Both the position numbers and the translations under genes were made by a program. A stretch of 63,665 bases of DNA, filler included, from Rozella allomycis CSF55 (lineage: Eukaryota), in the NCBI GenBank assembly GCA_000442015.1. It is 4 parts of 4 records of this genome, joined end to end, with 100 filler letters (N's around TTAATTAATTAA, not from the genome) between each part and the next. Parts side by side here need not be neighbours in the genome. Positions count along the whole stretch, not along the records: positions 1 to 23,034 come from KE560601.1; 3 more parts are not named here. One strand, given 5' to 3'. Of the stretch, positions 11,879 through 23,134 are shown one piece after another. Below the pieces are notes generated by a model, which ran no database searches, was not told the DNA's origin, and saw only the letters and a list, made by a program, of their open reading frames with translations. The stretch's first letter is position 1. The number at the start of each line of letters is the position of its first letter.

Positions 11879-13175
11879 ATGCAACAACAGTCAGCCACTA
11901 TTCTCAGGGAATTAGTACAAGTTGTTGCTCGCAAACTTTACTCACCGGAACATTGTGTGCTTCTTGATGCTTTGATTCGATTTCAAACGTATTAAATTAT
12001 TTGGTCTCAAAAAAAGACTTAAAGATGAGGATTTAAGCGACTACTTGAAAATAACGCTAAAAGATGTAAATAGAATTGCAGCTAAATTGAAAAATGACAG
12101 GCTTATAAGATCGGATGCGAAACCCGAGTCTAGAGTTGGGGGAAAACCACTTCTTCGAACATTTTACATTCTCGATTACAAACTTTTTGTTGATGTGGTT
12201 AAATATAAAATATCCATGCTACGAAAGCGTATGAACGAAGACATTCAAAATGTAATGAAAAATTTCTACATAGAAAAGGATGTCACTTCAAAAACATATA
12301 AATGCCCTTCATGTGAAATTATTTACTCAATAATGGAGGCGTCTAAAATAATGTTCAAATGTCAAGATTGTGGTTCTATGATGGTTGAGGTTCTTAATTC
12401 TGTTATTCCTGAAGTCACACAAGAGATGAATGCAAAATTTAACGAACAATTTGCAGAAATCATAAGACTTTTGAAGCAAACGGAAGATTTAACTATTGAA
12501 AAGTAAATTTATTTAATTGAATATTTTTTTCAGGTTACATGTGGCGAAGGCAATAGCAGACGCTCAGCAGCGCTCTTTATCATTAAAGGAAAAGGGCCGC
12601 AGTATAACGCATCATTCGAGTAAATAATGTAATTACTACATGAGTATTAGATATAACTGATGTATCTAATAGGGATGTTGGGCACGCATTCGCACCTGTA
12701 GATGTCAGAATAGAGACTGATGACTTAGCTCTACAGCAGCGTACTGCTGAGGAGCAGGAAAGAAAAGCTCAAGAAAACAAGAGACCTGAATGGATGGAAA
12801 TCAGTACTGTCTCTGGGATTGCATTTGACGGCACAAGAGATGAAGACACTAAAAGCAACATTCAAAATGTTCAAAATATAAATATCGAAGATCATGAAAT
12901 TGAAAAATATAAATTATCGGCAGGAATAAAACGAAAACGGGATGATGAGGATCCAAATGACCTTGTAGAACATTTTGACGATGAAGATGACTTTTTTGAA
13001 GAAGATTCACAAAGAGAAACGAATATAGAGTCTGTAATGGTCTCAGGTATAATATTATTTGTTTTGCGTATTATTAGTTCAAGGGCAATTGGTTCCTCTA
13101 GAGGACATAACTGAGGCACACGAAGAGAAAATGACACCAGAAGAATATTCAGAGTATTATAAATTATTTCATTAA
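11879..13175 (+). CDS. TFA1: Transcription factor IIE alpha subunit
   Basis: LVQVVARKLY..LLDALI..LKDEDL winged helix, DYKLFVDVVKYKI, CPSC..CQDC zinc ribbon, C-terminal MTPEEYSEYY; 5 introns. Confidence 0.88.
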
Positions 13176-13329
13176 AAAATTACTATTAACATATATATTA
13201 CATTACATGATCTTCACCCATAACGCCATGATTTATTTTTCTTTACGTGAATATTTAAAGTTTTTAACGTACGTGTATATGATCTTTCTGAAGTTCTAAA
13301 ATCCGATGAGGAATGATATACTTATCTGG

Positions 13330-13825
13330 TCACTCCGTGCAAGCGTAGAGGGATCGGTAGATTAGAACCTGTATCATTTGTTACGACTAAAGGTTTTGTC
13401 TTCCTGAGGGTTTCTTTTATTTGGACTTTTAAATGTATCTGTTGTCTCGCCTTTTACCTCAAGGAAAGGCAGCAGGAAACATTGGAGCTCATCTTAATTT
13501 TGCTGCGATAAAAAGGAAGAGAAATACAGCGAAGAACTTTCAGTGTTAGGAGCAGGGTTTATTCCTCTTATTTTTGATGCCTTAGGGGGTTTCCATGATT
13601 CAGCGGTTTCGTGGGCAAAGAAGGTCGCTTTGCTAAAGTCCATTCGCCGTGGCACTTCATTTTCGATAGAAAAAGAGCACCTGATTGAACGCATTAGTGT
13701 ATCCTTAGCGAAATACCTTGGCTTCATGATTTTGTCAAGAGCCCCTGAACCAACTTAGAAATATTCCTCTGGCTTTACATTCGTCTACTAAATAAAATTT
13801 ATTGTTTTCTTTCTGAAAAAAATAT
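13330..13825 (+). mobile_element. 5'-truncated, degenerate non-LTR retrotransposon 3' end (RLE-type, CRE-like)
   Basis: NVSVVSP ... EKYSE ... FIPLIFDALGGF ... IERISVSLAKYLGFMILSR resembles the C-terminal restriction-like endonuclease tail; frameshifts upstream; AATAAA and short A-tract downstream. Confidence 0.6.
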
Positions 13826-14057
13826 ATCATTGTCGACATTTTTGTGGTTATCCGTTATCCGTGGAGAGGGGGTTACTTGATGTTGACAGCAGTTTGATAA
13901 ATTTATTAAGATTTTTGAAGATGGGAACACCTATTAAGAACTAAAGTTCAACATCATCTGGCGACTGGCATATTGTCGATTTGTATTTAGGATGATGATT
14001 GAGTGATCCTGATGTAACTGTGTTTTTGAAATTGACAAAAATTTATTTAACTTATGC

Positions 14058-15212
14058 TTATGACTTAGTGATAATGGATTCATAAAGTCTTAATAAAACA
14101 CTTTCCTTAATGAGATAAGGTACGTCAAGTATGCCAAGCGGGAACCTAGATCCTTGAAACAATGCGTCGGGTAGATTTGCATGTGAGATCTTTTCTTCGT
14201 TTTCTTTCGTGTCATCTTTTACAAAATATTCATCGGGTTTCGCATTTTTAAGAAGAGTCTTTTCGAGAATATCTTGCATTGACATAAATGGCGCTACATT
14301 CATCCAGAGTGTTTCAGCATTTTCGGCATTCAATGCTTTCTGTGCAGCCATTGTAAATGAATGAAGAAGCATTGACAATCCCTTATGGCGAGCTGGGTTT
14401 TCCAAAAGATTTATAGGGTTGCGGAAAATTCCTCTGTTTTCGTAGTAAGAAAACCCTAGAGTGTCTAAATGATCTTTGCAAACGTTTGTGCTTCTAACAA
14501 CCATGATTAAAGGCTTTAGAGAATCTATATATGATACTGGGATTGGTGAATTCATTTCTCCAAAGTTATATTTTCCCGTAATTGGTTCGCTAGAGATATA
14601 TGCCACATAATCTCCGATAGAAAATACAAAACCAGCTACCCCACCGCCTGCTCCATCCAGAATCTCCCTTGTCTTGCCATTGAACTTTTCGTGCCATTCA
14701 GTTCTTCGACTTGCTTGTATTTCCATGTACTTTGTGGCTTTATTACTTGATATGCCAGAAAAATGGATAAAATTTTGTGCAAATGTAGCGTAGTCATACC
14801 ATGATCCTTTGTCATCGTCTATTTTTTCGAATCCTAAATAAACCGTCCCGGTCGGCAGGTTTGCTTCACCTACAAGGACACCTGATGGAAGCTTTCTAAT
14901 ATTAAATCTGGTAAAATAATCGTCTTCGTCCTTTTCATGAGGCACATATGGAACATTATTTATCTTATGTTCATCTTTTCCTGAGATACCTTCATTTTCA
15001 TTAGAACGGTTCGCTGGATATGAATTACTCTTGTTTTGGTTTTGGCCATTTTTTCTTGAACTGCTTTTCTTTTCAAGATGTTTTTGTTCAGGTGATCCAC
15101 CAAAAGACAAAGTAAATGCCAAGGACAAAACTAAAAGCAAAGTTGAAATGAAAACGATAACGTATTTCTTCTCCATAGCGAAGCTGGGACAGTTGGTGGC
15201 GCTGCCCCGCAT
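14058..15212 (-). CDS. Lineage-specific secreted or signal-anchored protein
   Basis: 384-aa intronless ORF, N-terminal hydrophobic segment (YVIVFISTLLLVLSLAFTLSF); true start possibly at MEKKY. Confidence 0.7.
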   Translation of the reverse strand: MRGSATNCPSFAMEKKYVIVFISTLLLVLSLAFTLSFGGSPEQKHLEKKSSSRKNGQNQNKSNSYPANRSNENEGISGKDEHKINNVPYVPHEKDEDDYFTRFNIRKLPSGVLVGEANLPTGTVYLGFEKIDDDKGSWYDYATFAQNFIHFSGISSNKATKYMEIQASRRTEWHEKFNGKTREILDGAGGGVAGFVFSIGDYVAYISSEPITGKYNFGEMNSPIPVSYIDSLKPLIMVVRSTNVCKDHLDTLGFSYYENRGIFRNPINLLENPARHKGLSMLLHSFTMAAQKALNAENAETLWMNVAPFMSMQDILEKTLLKNAKPDEYFVKDDTKENEEKISHANLPDALFQGSRFPLGILDVPYLIKESVLLRLYESIITKS

Positions 15213-15603
15213 AATTATAGAAAGGTATTTTTATCTAACGTATAAATATAGTAAGTAGACCATACCTTGATAATATTCTGAGCATGTTTCGAAAATAGCG
15301 CTAAAGCAAATTCGGGACGTCCCATGAATACGAGCAATATTGACAGAAAATTGAGAAAAATGAATTTACACTTTGCAAAATAGTCTCGTAGTCTGAAGAT
15401 ATTTTCATAAATATTTTATGTAATGCATAGTGATCTTCAAGAATTGATTTATGCACGAAGGATGATTGATCATAGCCGGCGCCGCTAAATTTTGATGTAT
15501 CACAATCACTAAAAAATCCAATTCCATTATTCTAGGTAAATTTTTTATTAATAAACTCCAAGTAAAATTAATAAAGTATTTCTAGCTTTATCAAGCTAAA
15601 AAA

Positions 15604-15628
15604 TGGAGTTGGAGGGTATCGATCCCTC

Positions 15629-15660
<32 letters not shown>

Positions 15661-15676
15661 TCTGAGCTACAACCCC
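15604..15676 (-). tRNA. tRNA-Ala(AGC)
   Basis: GGGGTTGTAGCTCAGATGGTAGAGCGCGCGCTTAGCATGCGCGAGGTAGAGGGATCGATACCCTCCAACTCCA; cloverleaf, G3:U70, T-run terminator. Confidence 0.97.
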
Positions 15677-15771
15677 TATGTAAGCGCTCACAAATATACT
15701 TATGTAAATTTATTCGTTTGTAATTTTCATAAACCGAGAAATTATCTTCTCCAAGTAAATCATTTTGAAAT

Positions 15772-17563
15772 ATGAGGCAATACTCAACATTCCTGGCGAA
15801 TAGTCATTTTAGCAAAACAATTCCCAAAACAAAGCTCTTTCTGAACGGCGAGTTTGTTGACTCGAAGGCTACCCATTGGTTCCCTGTTCGAAATCCAGTA
15901 CTCATGTCTATTAATATTCACATATTAGGCTACCCAAGAAATTGTTAGTTTGACCCCTCAATGCACAAATGAGGAGCTTTTAGAGTCCTCTCGAATCTCG
16001 CAACTTGCTTGTCGCGAATGGAGGAAAACGACTATTCTAACAAGACAAAGAAAAATGTTGGATCTGCAACATTTAATTAGAAATTCTATCGTATAACGCA
16101 CTTAATTGTCTGATAGGATGACATAGCGAAGTCTATTGTTCAAGAGATGGGGAAAACACTGAGTGATGCCAAGGGAGATGTTCTTCGGGGCCTGCGTAAA
16201 TATGTTCAATTTTAGTCACAGAGGTTGTCGAACATGCATGTAATATCACCTCATTGCAAATGGGAGAAACTCTCGAAAATGTATCTTCTCATATGGATAC
16301 CTATACAATTAGGCAGCCTCTAGGAGTAACAGCAGGTATAAAGATTTAGATTAATATTAAAGGCATCTGCCCTTTCAATTTCCCTGCAATGATACCATTG
16401 TGGATGTTCCCTTTATCTATCGCATGTGGAAACACAATGATAATAAAACCATCAGAAAGAGATCCTGGGGCAATGATGATATTAGCCAAACTAGCGAATG
16501 AAGTAGGTATCCCTAAAGGGGTTCTCAATGTTGTCCATGGAGGCAAAGAGACTGTCGAATTTCTCTGCAAAGATAAAAATATAAAGTCCATATCTTTTGT
16601 TGGATCAGATAATGCTGGAAAATACATACACTCCACTGGAACATCTTATGGCAAAAGAGTCCAAGTAAATCGTTTTATTAATTACAATTTGGCCAACATG
16701 GGAGCAAAAAATCATGGAGTGGTCATGCCAGACGCCAACAAAAACGATGCTTTAAATGGTCTTGTTGGCGCTGCATTTGGCGCTGCTGGACAAAGGTGTA
16801 TGGCATTAAGTACTGCCATATTTGTTGGTGAAGCTAAAAACTGGTAAGTCTCTTGTTCTGAAAAATTTGAGGATTCCTGAGTTAGTAGAGCGAGCAAAGA
16901 AATTGAATGTAAATGAAGGGAATGTAGAAGGTGCTGATCTTGGACCAATGATTTCCCCAGAGGCAATAAAGTTGTAAATTAATTATAGGCTAAAACACGT
17001 GCGTGCAATCTGGTTCAATCTGCAGTTGATGAAGGTGCTTCATTACTGTTAGACGGTCGAAAGATTAAGGTAACATTTAACTCGGTCTATAAACAAGGTT
17101 GTCGGGTATGAAAATGGGAACTTTATGGGACCCACTATATTATCAAATGTGAAAGTCTCCATGAAAGCTTACAAGGAAGAAATATTTGCGCCAGTTTTGC
17201 TCTGCATTGAGGTTCCGAACTTGGATGATGCAATTGAACTCATAAATAGAAACCCATATGGGAATGGAACAGCCATATTTACTCAATCAGGTGCGATAGC
17301 GAGAAAATTTCAGACTGAGATCGACGTAGGCCAAGTATAATATAATGTGAATCTTTATGTAGGTGGGTATAAACGTCCCAATTCCTGTCCCTCTCCCTAT
17401 GTTCTCATTTACTGGTTCAAGAGGCTCTATCTGTGGTGATATTAATTTTTATGGAAAATCTGGAGTAAATTTTTATACTCAAATTAAGACAATTACAAGT
17501 CAATGGAAGGTTGAGGATTCCTCCCATACAAAATCGGCCTTGCACATGCCTGTTATGAAATAA
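15772..17563 (+). CDS. ALDH6A1: Methylmalonate-semialdehyde dehydrogenase
   Basis: [65 protein letters not shown]; 9 small introns incl. one GC-AG and one probable GT-TG. Confidence 0.97.
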
Positions 17564-17656
17564 AAATATTCTTTTTGCTTAAACAATTGGACTATTATTT
17601 AAAATGCATCAAATCATTAATTTTACAATCAATTTATAAATTTCGAATTATCTAGA

Positions 17657-20126
17657 ATGTCGCTACGAAGGAAACCAGTAGACTTTGATGCAGTTTGGGG
17701 TATTTTCGAAAAGAATATAACCAAGTTATTTGAATCCAGTGAAGAAGGAACAGTCCAGGCCATGGACCTTACACAGTATTTGAGTATAAGCACGTTAATA
17801 GAATGGTGTATGAAATGTGTAACGCATATCCAAACTCTTTTTTCTCAGAGTTGAAGAACAAGATTTCGAATTTTCTTTCAGCACAGGCTATCAAGCAAAG
17901 AAAAGTAATAATGATTGCAATACCTACAATGCAAGGCTATAATGAAAGATGTGGATATGATCAAAAAGTATTCAAACGAGTGGGATGTGTATTATAATGC
18001 ATTGTGTTTGTTAAATACTGTGTGTTCGTATTTGAACAGGTGCATTTTGATGAAAAAGGAATCAGATGGGGCAGGATCAAGTGGGCCAGATTTCTATACT
18101 ATAGATATTGTAAACCAATTATGTTCGTATTAGTAGATTGGAAAGAATATATGGAGGGAAAATGTCATTTTATGGATTAAAAGAAACTTTTCAAACAAGT
18201 TGGTGTCGCTTTTACTGTCGTACATTGAAGATGATCGAAGTTCTGGATTTAAAGATAGCAAGCATGCAAATTGTGCTATTAATTCATTTGGTAATCAGCG
18301 ATGAAGTTTTTAAAGTAGTTTTGAGTGATAATGATCCTTTGAACTCTATTAGATTTTACATTGATGAATTTGAGAATTTGATGCTTCAAGAAACTGAAAA
18401 GTATTATAAAAGCGAAGGTAAGACTAATATAACAAATATGAATATTGAATCATTTATGGATGTTGTAAATTGAATTTTTGTGATGGAATTAGGCTTTGAG
18501 AAGATTGGCAGAGGAAAAGGAACGAGCAAATCGATATTTTAAGTTTTCATTTGACAAAGTTGTAGAAGTTTATATTGATCAAGTTATTATTACGAATCAA
18601 AAGTTTATTCAAGAAGAATTTCAGAAATTTGTCGCTAATGATTCGTTTATAGAAATGGAAAAGGCTTATAATTTGTTAGTTCTTGTGAATGAAGGGATTA
18701 ATCCCTTGTTGATTAAATTAAAAGATCATATAGTTAAACTGGGAAGAGAAATCCTGGGAGGGCTTGGCGATGTGGTTATTAAAGATGCTAAACCATTTAT
18801 TACAGCAATGTTAAACTTGCATAATAAATATGATTATCTTGTTTCGCAACATTTTAATAAAGATACCAATTTTGAAACAATATTAGACAAGGTAAACTAC
18901 TTGACAATATTTAATAGGCATTCAGAGAAATAATTAATGACAGAAAAACTAACAAATTTATAAATGCGCCAGAGAATTTAGCTCGCTTTTGCGATACCAT
19001 TTTAAAGAGGAATTCTAAAGTTTCTCTGACAGAGGCGGAAATTGAAGAAAATTTGAGCAACGTGGTAAATTAAATCCTTCAGTATAATATTTGATTATAA
19101 TATTTAAATATGTGGATGACAAGGATGTATTTTCGCAATTTTATTCAAAATTTTTTGGAAAGAGACTAATTCAAAAGAGTTCTGTTTCAATGGAATGTGA
19201 AGTTGGCATGATAACAAAATTAAAAGTATTCAGATTACTAAATTTAGTAAAGGATGTTTGTGGATTCGAATATGTTTCCAAATTACAGAGAATGTATACA
19301 GATATAACAGTTAGTGAGACAATGCACGAAAAATTTCTTCAAAATTACAAATCCTCTCTTTCAAGTAATCTCAATTCTAATCTATTTTAGATGATTTTGA
19401 GTTTGCTATATTAACCGCAGGATCATGGCCAAGCGCATATCAAAACAATCAAGAGTTTATCCCTCCCTTTGAACTTGGCCAATGCATTAAACAATTCCAT
19501 GATTTCTATGAAAAAGAACACAGCGGTCGAAAGTTAACTTGGCTTTACAATCAATCTAGATGTGATTTAAAATTGACTGGGTTTGATAAACGCTACGAAC
19601 TACAAGTCTCAGTCTTTCAATCTTCAATATTACTAACACTAAACAAAGAAGGAAAGATACAATTACATCAAATAGCCGAAGAAACAAAACTCCCTATTCA
19701 CGAAATCAAAAGGAATATCAAACCTTTATTAGAATTAGGAATTATTCTAGAGAACGAAAATAATCAAGAAATTTCAATAAACGACAACTTTTCCCACAAA
19801 AGAGTAAAAATCAAGGTTCCTTCTATTGCCATCAATGAACCAAATGAAAAGGAAAGAGATTCGGTCAAAAAAGCTGTCGAAGATGACAGAAAAATGTACA
19901 TACAAGTAATAACTTATAACTGATAAAATAGGCTTCCATTGTTAGGATCGCTAAAGCAAAAAAGGAAATATCACACAATGACCTTGTTCAAGAAATTATA
20001 TCGCACGCAAAACCCCAGTTTTTACCCTCCATTGCGTTAATCAAATCTATGATTGAACATTTGATTGAAAAACAATTTCTTGAAAGGCATCCGTCAGAAA
20101 AAGGAAAATACATTTATGTCGCCTAA
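17657..20126 (+). CDS. CUL2: Cullin-2
   Basis: N-terminus MSLRRKPVDFDAVW and VYEMCNAYP resemble CUL2 (MSLKPRVVDFDETW, VYALCVAYP); FKYVDDKDVF, SGRKLTWL, IVRIAK neddylation site, ends YIYVA; 10 introns. Confidence 0.85.
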
Positions 20127-20263
20127 ATTAATAAATTCTTCAATTTTTAAATTAAACGTATTTGAATTTTGAAGTTTTCAAATTAATGTCATTCAACAAC
20201 AATTAGCTTTCGGTACACTATCTGTTTCATTTTGTAACAATCGTAGAGGCAATATTAGGAACA

Positions 20264-20336
20264 GGGGTTGTAGCTCATTTGGTAGAGCGCGCGCTTCGCA
20301 TGCGTGAGGCACGGGGTTCGATTCCCCGCAACTCCA
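20264..20336 (+). tRNA. tRNA-Ala(CGC)
   Basis: GGGGTTGTAGCTCATTTGGTAGAGCGCGCGCTTCGCATGCGTGAGGCACGGGGTTCGATTCCCCGCAACTCCA followed by poly-T. Confidence 0.97.
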
Positions 20337-20610
20337 TTTTTTTTTACATTTTTCTAAACGACCCAAAAAATCTTTATTATGTGAACGAATGAAATCATTC
20401 CTCAATCAAGAGGCCATTTATTTCATCGTTCGAACCTTCCCAATCTTCTTTGATCAAGTTTCAACCCTCTTTGAAGTCTTCTTTTTGTTCATTAAAAAAA
20501 TTAGCGCATATAATTCAAAGTTTTAATGACCGCAGTAATTCATTAAATCAACGAGAATATTTAAATGTAAAGTGGCAATGAAGAAAGTACTAATCTCTAA
20601 AAATACAGTT

Positions 20611-22270
20611 CTATTTATTAACAGTCATTTTTAACATTCCAGTTTTCTCCAATTTAGCCATCAAATCAAGCAACTTCTCTTCTTCCATTTTCCTCTCTTC
20701 ATCAGTCAAACCTTCTAACGGATCTTCTTTCACAGTTGCTTTTATTGTTCCAGATATGGCATCATATGCTTTAACTTTTCCCGTTTTGTCCTCTTCTAAA
20801 ATGACTTCTTCGTCAGGTGACAAATCTCCTGAAAAACTATATGGCTTTTGAGTTTCAGACATTAATCCATTTTCCATTAAGAATCCAGCCGCGTTGCCAA
20901 AACCAACGTGAAAGTTCATTCGATTTACTTTCTCAAATGTACATAATGGTTACCATTCTTTTTACATAATGTATATATTAGGCCACCGGCGTTGGTTTTT
21001 ACAACGTCTTGTATAGACGAGAGGCCGCGAACAATTAATGCTTTCAAACTATCACCTACATGTAAAGGGATATCTCGATTTCTTTTTTTTAGTAAATTGA
21101 CTTTACATTTTGGACGGCAGCACTTCTCTTCGTATCTGCTTTCTTAATGTATAATCAGTATCACATAAAGCAGAAAGAACAGAACAGCAAACTGAGATTG
21201 ATTGCATGGCGCTTTCATTAGGGAAAAATGATGTTACATATCAATAGAGTTTTCCAAATTGACCAGTTGTAAATGTAGAAAGTTTAGCAGTAAACAAATT
21301 CTTAAGTATTTAATCTTTGGGAATTTCTGCAGTAAAGAATGGCCATTGAAATATTGTAGCTGGTAGTTTACGTGGCGAGATTGGTAATTCAATGATAAAA
21401 TCTAAAATTGTCTGGACTGGAATGTTCATTAATAAATTTGATAAATGCACAACAGTTGATAAACAAATTGATGGGGTATTTCCATTACTACCGCGTTCAA
21501 ATATTGCCAATGAATTGAAGATCATTTCCAATAGTCTTAAATTTTACTACACCTAATAAATACTCTGAAGAAGCTTCAATTTTAGTGACTCTAGAAAGTG
21601 TGAAAATAGTTTTGCAAACTTCCTCGATTTCTGATTAGATAATATATTTTCCTTTGAATGTTTTATTAATATCTTTAACGTAACACAGTATTTATTACTA
21701 TTTACTTGTAACATTTGTTCCTTTAATTCTTTTTCCTCTTCATATGAAAGGTGTTCGCTCATCAGTCCGGTGGCAACGAAGATCAATTTTAACTAAAATA
21801 TTGACACATTGTTCTTTGCACAGCTGTTCTGGCAAATATATTCAATGGAAATTACTTTAAGACCTTTAAGTAGAGATTTTAGACCACCGATTTCAATAAA
21901 ATTTGTGCGGCATTGTTCGCTTAAATAGATCATGTTGTATAATGCCTTGTAGGATTCTTCTATTGTGAGATCGTTCATTTCTGTTTCTCTAGCGATGACT
22001 TTAATAATAATATCAATTGTCTAGATAAATGCATTAAATTTGAAACACCTTAATTTCATAAAACGGCTCACAACCATCGATTTCTCTTGCCAAAATTTTA
22101 ATGGATTGAAAGCATCTTTTTGAAACTAGAACTAAAAAAATTAACGGATACCATTTTCATCTCCTTGTTTCAGTAATTGCACAATATTGCCACACCCCTC
22201 TTCACATTTGGGGTAAAGTGTTCGTCTAAAAGGTTTGAAATCCTTTCCCAAGTTAAGATGAACACTCTTA
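20611..22270 (-). CDS. RIC8: Ric-8/synembryn G-alpha chaperone/GEF (5' end at N; apparent frame problems near 21630 and 21790)
   Basis: HVGFGNAAGFL, YDAISG, LTDEERKMEEEKLLDLMAKLEKTG C-terminal signatures; IKILARE near N-terminus. Confidence 0.8.
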
Positions 22271-22403
22271 NAAGAAGATATTACATTAAAAGGAAGACGA
22301 AAAAAGGCCAGAAAAGCATTGGAAATGGATGAATAAATGATTATTATTTATTAAAATTGTATCGTTATTAATAGATTGTTGTGTTACCTCAGTGTTTTAA
22401 AGA

Positions 22404-22525
22404 AGGGTGATATCCTTACAAAATATAGGGTGACATCCTGACAATGGGGTGCGATGACCCGACAAAATGCTCTCTTTACGTGTAGGGTGACGAGCCACCA
22501 AATGAGGGTGACATCCTTACATCCA
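22404..22525. repeat. Array of short GGGTGACATCCT(T/G)ACA-like motifs; probable DNA-transposon subterminal repeats
   Basis: agggtgatatccttaca, agggtgacatcctgaca, agggtgacgagccacc, agggtgacatccttaca within ~120 bp. Confidence 0.55.
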
Positions 22526-23034
22526 TCCAATCCGAGAAAAGCCTTGATCTACATGTGCAAGACAAGGTAAAACAGATGCATTAGCATTCAAGCAGCGAGG
22601 ATGACTAGAACGTGAGGCATTCATTACAGCAGGNAAAATATCTATGAAGCCATACTTAACTTAAAAATAATTCCACCGAGCTGAATTTTTATGATTGATT
22701 TGCGGTGCTACCAAGCAAAGAATTGCTGGCCTAGAGTCAGAAGTAAAGGATTTGGAGGGTAGAATAAACAACTATAAAGAGGAAAATATTGTGGAACAGT
22801 ATTGTTTATTAATGATTTTTAGTTTAGCACGAACGTGTCAAGGAAAAGGAGGAACTACTAAGTACTAGTGAGATTGATTCTCTTAAAAGCATGCGATTAG
22901 ATTTTTGTGATTTAACAAGTGCGAAAATGAAGGATTTATAATAAACTGGGTTAAAATAGTTTATTTTTTTTAACTTTGCGCTGTCATTTGCTTCAATGGA
23001 ATAAAAATGATAATCTTTCCAGAGTCTTGAATAT

Positions 23035-23134
23035 NNNNNNNNNNNNNNNNNNNNNNNNNNNNNNNNNNNNNNNNNNNNTTAATTAATTAANNNNNNNNNN
23101 NNNNNNNNNNNNNNNNNNNNNNNNNNNNNNNNNN
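23035..23134. other. Artificial scaffold linker
   Basis: N44-TTAATTAATTAA-N44 (stops in all six frames). Confidence 0.97.

Noticed and set aside
20193-20405. 70-aa ORF and other short ORFs over tRNA genes
   Set aside because: Spurious translation of the tRNA antisense strand
22404-22525. Repeat-spacer pattern as a CRISPR array
   Set aside because: Repeats too short and irregular, eukaryotic context, no cas genes
23035-23134. TTAATTAATTAA palindrome within N runs (also 30329 and 62412)
   Set aside because: Artificial six-frame-stop linker between contigs; adjacency across it has no biological meaning
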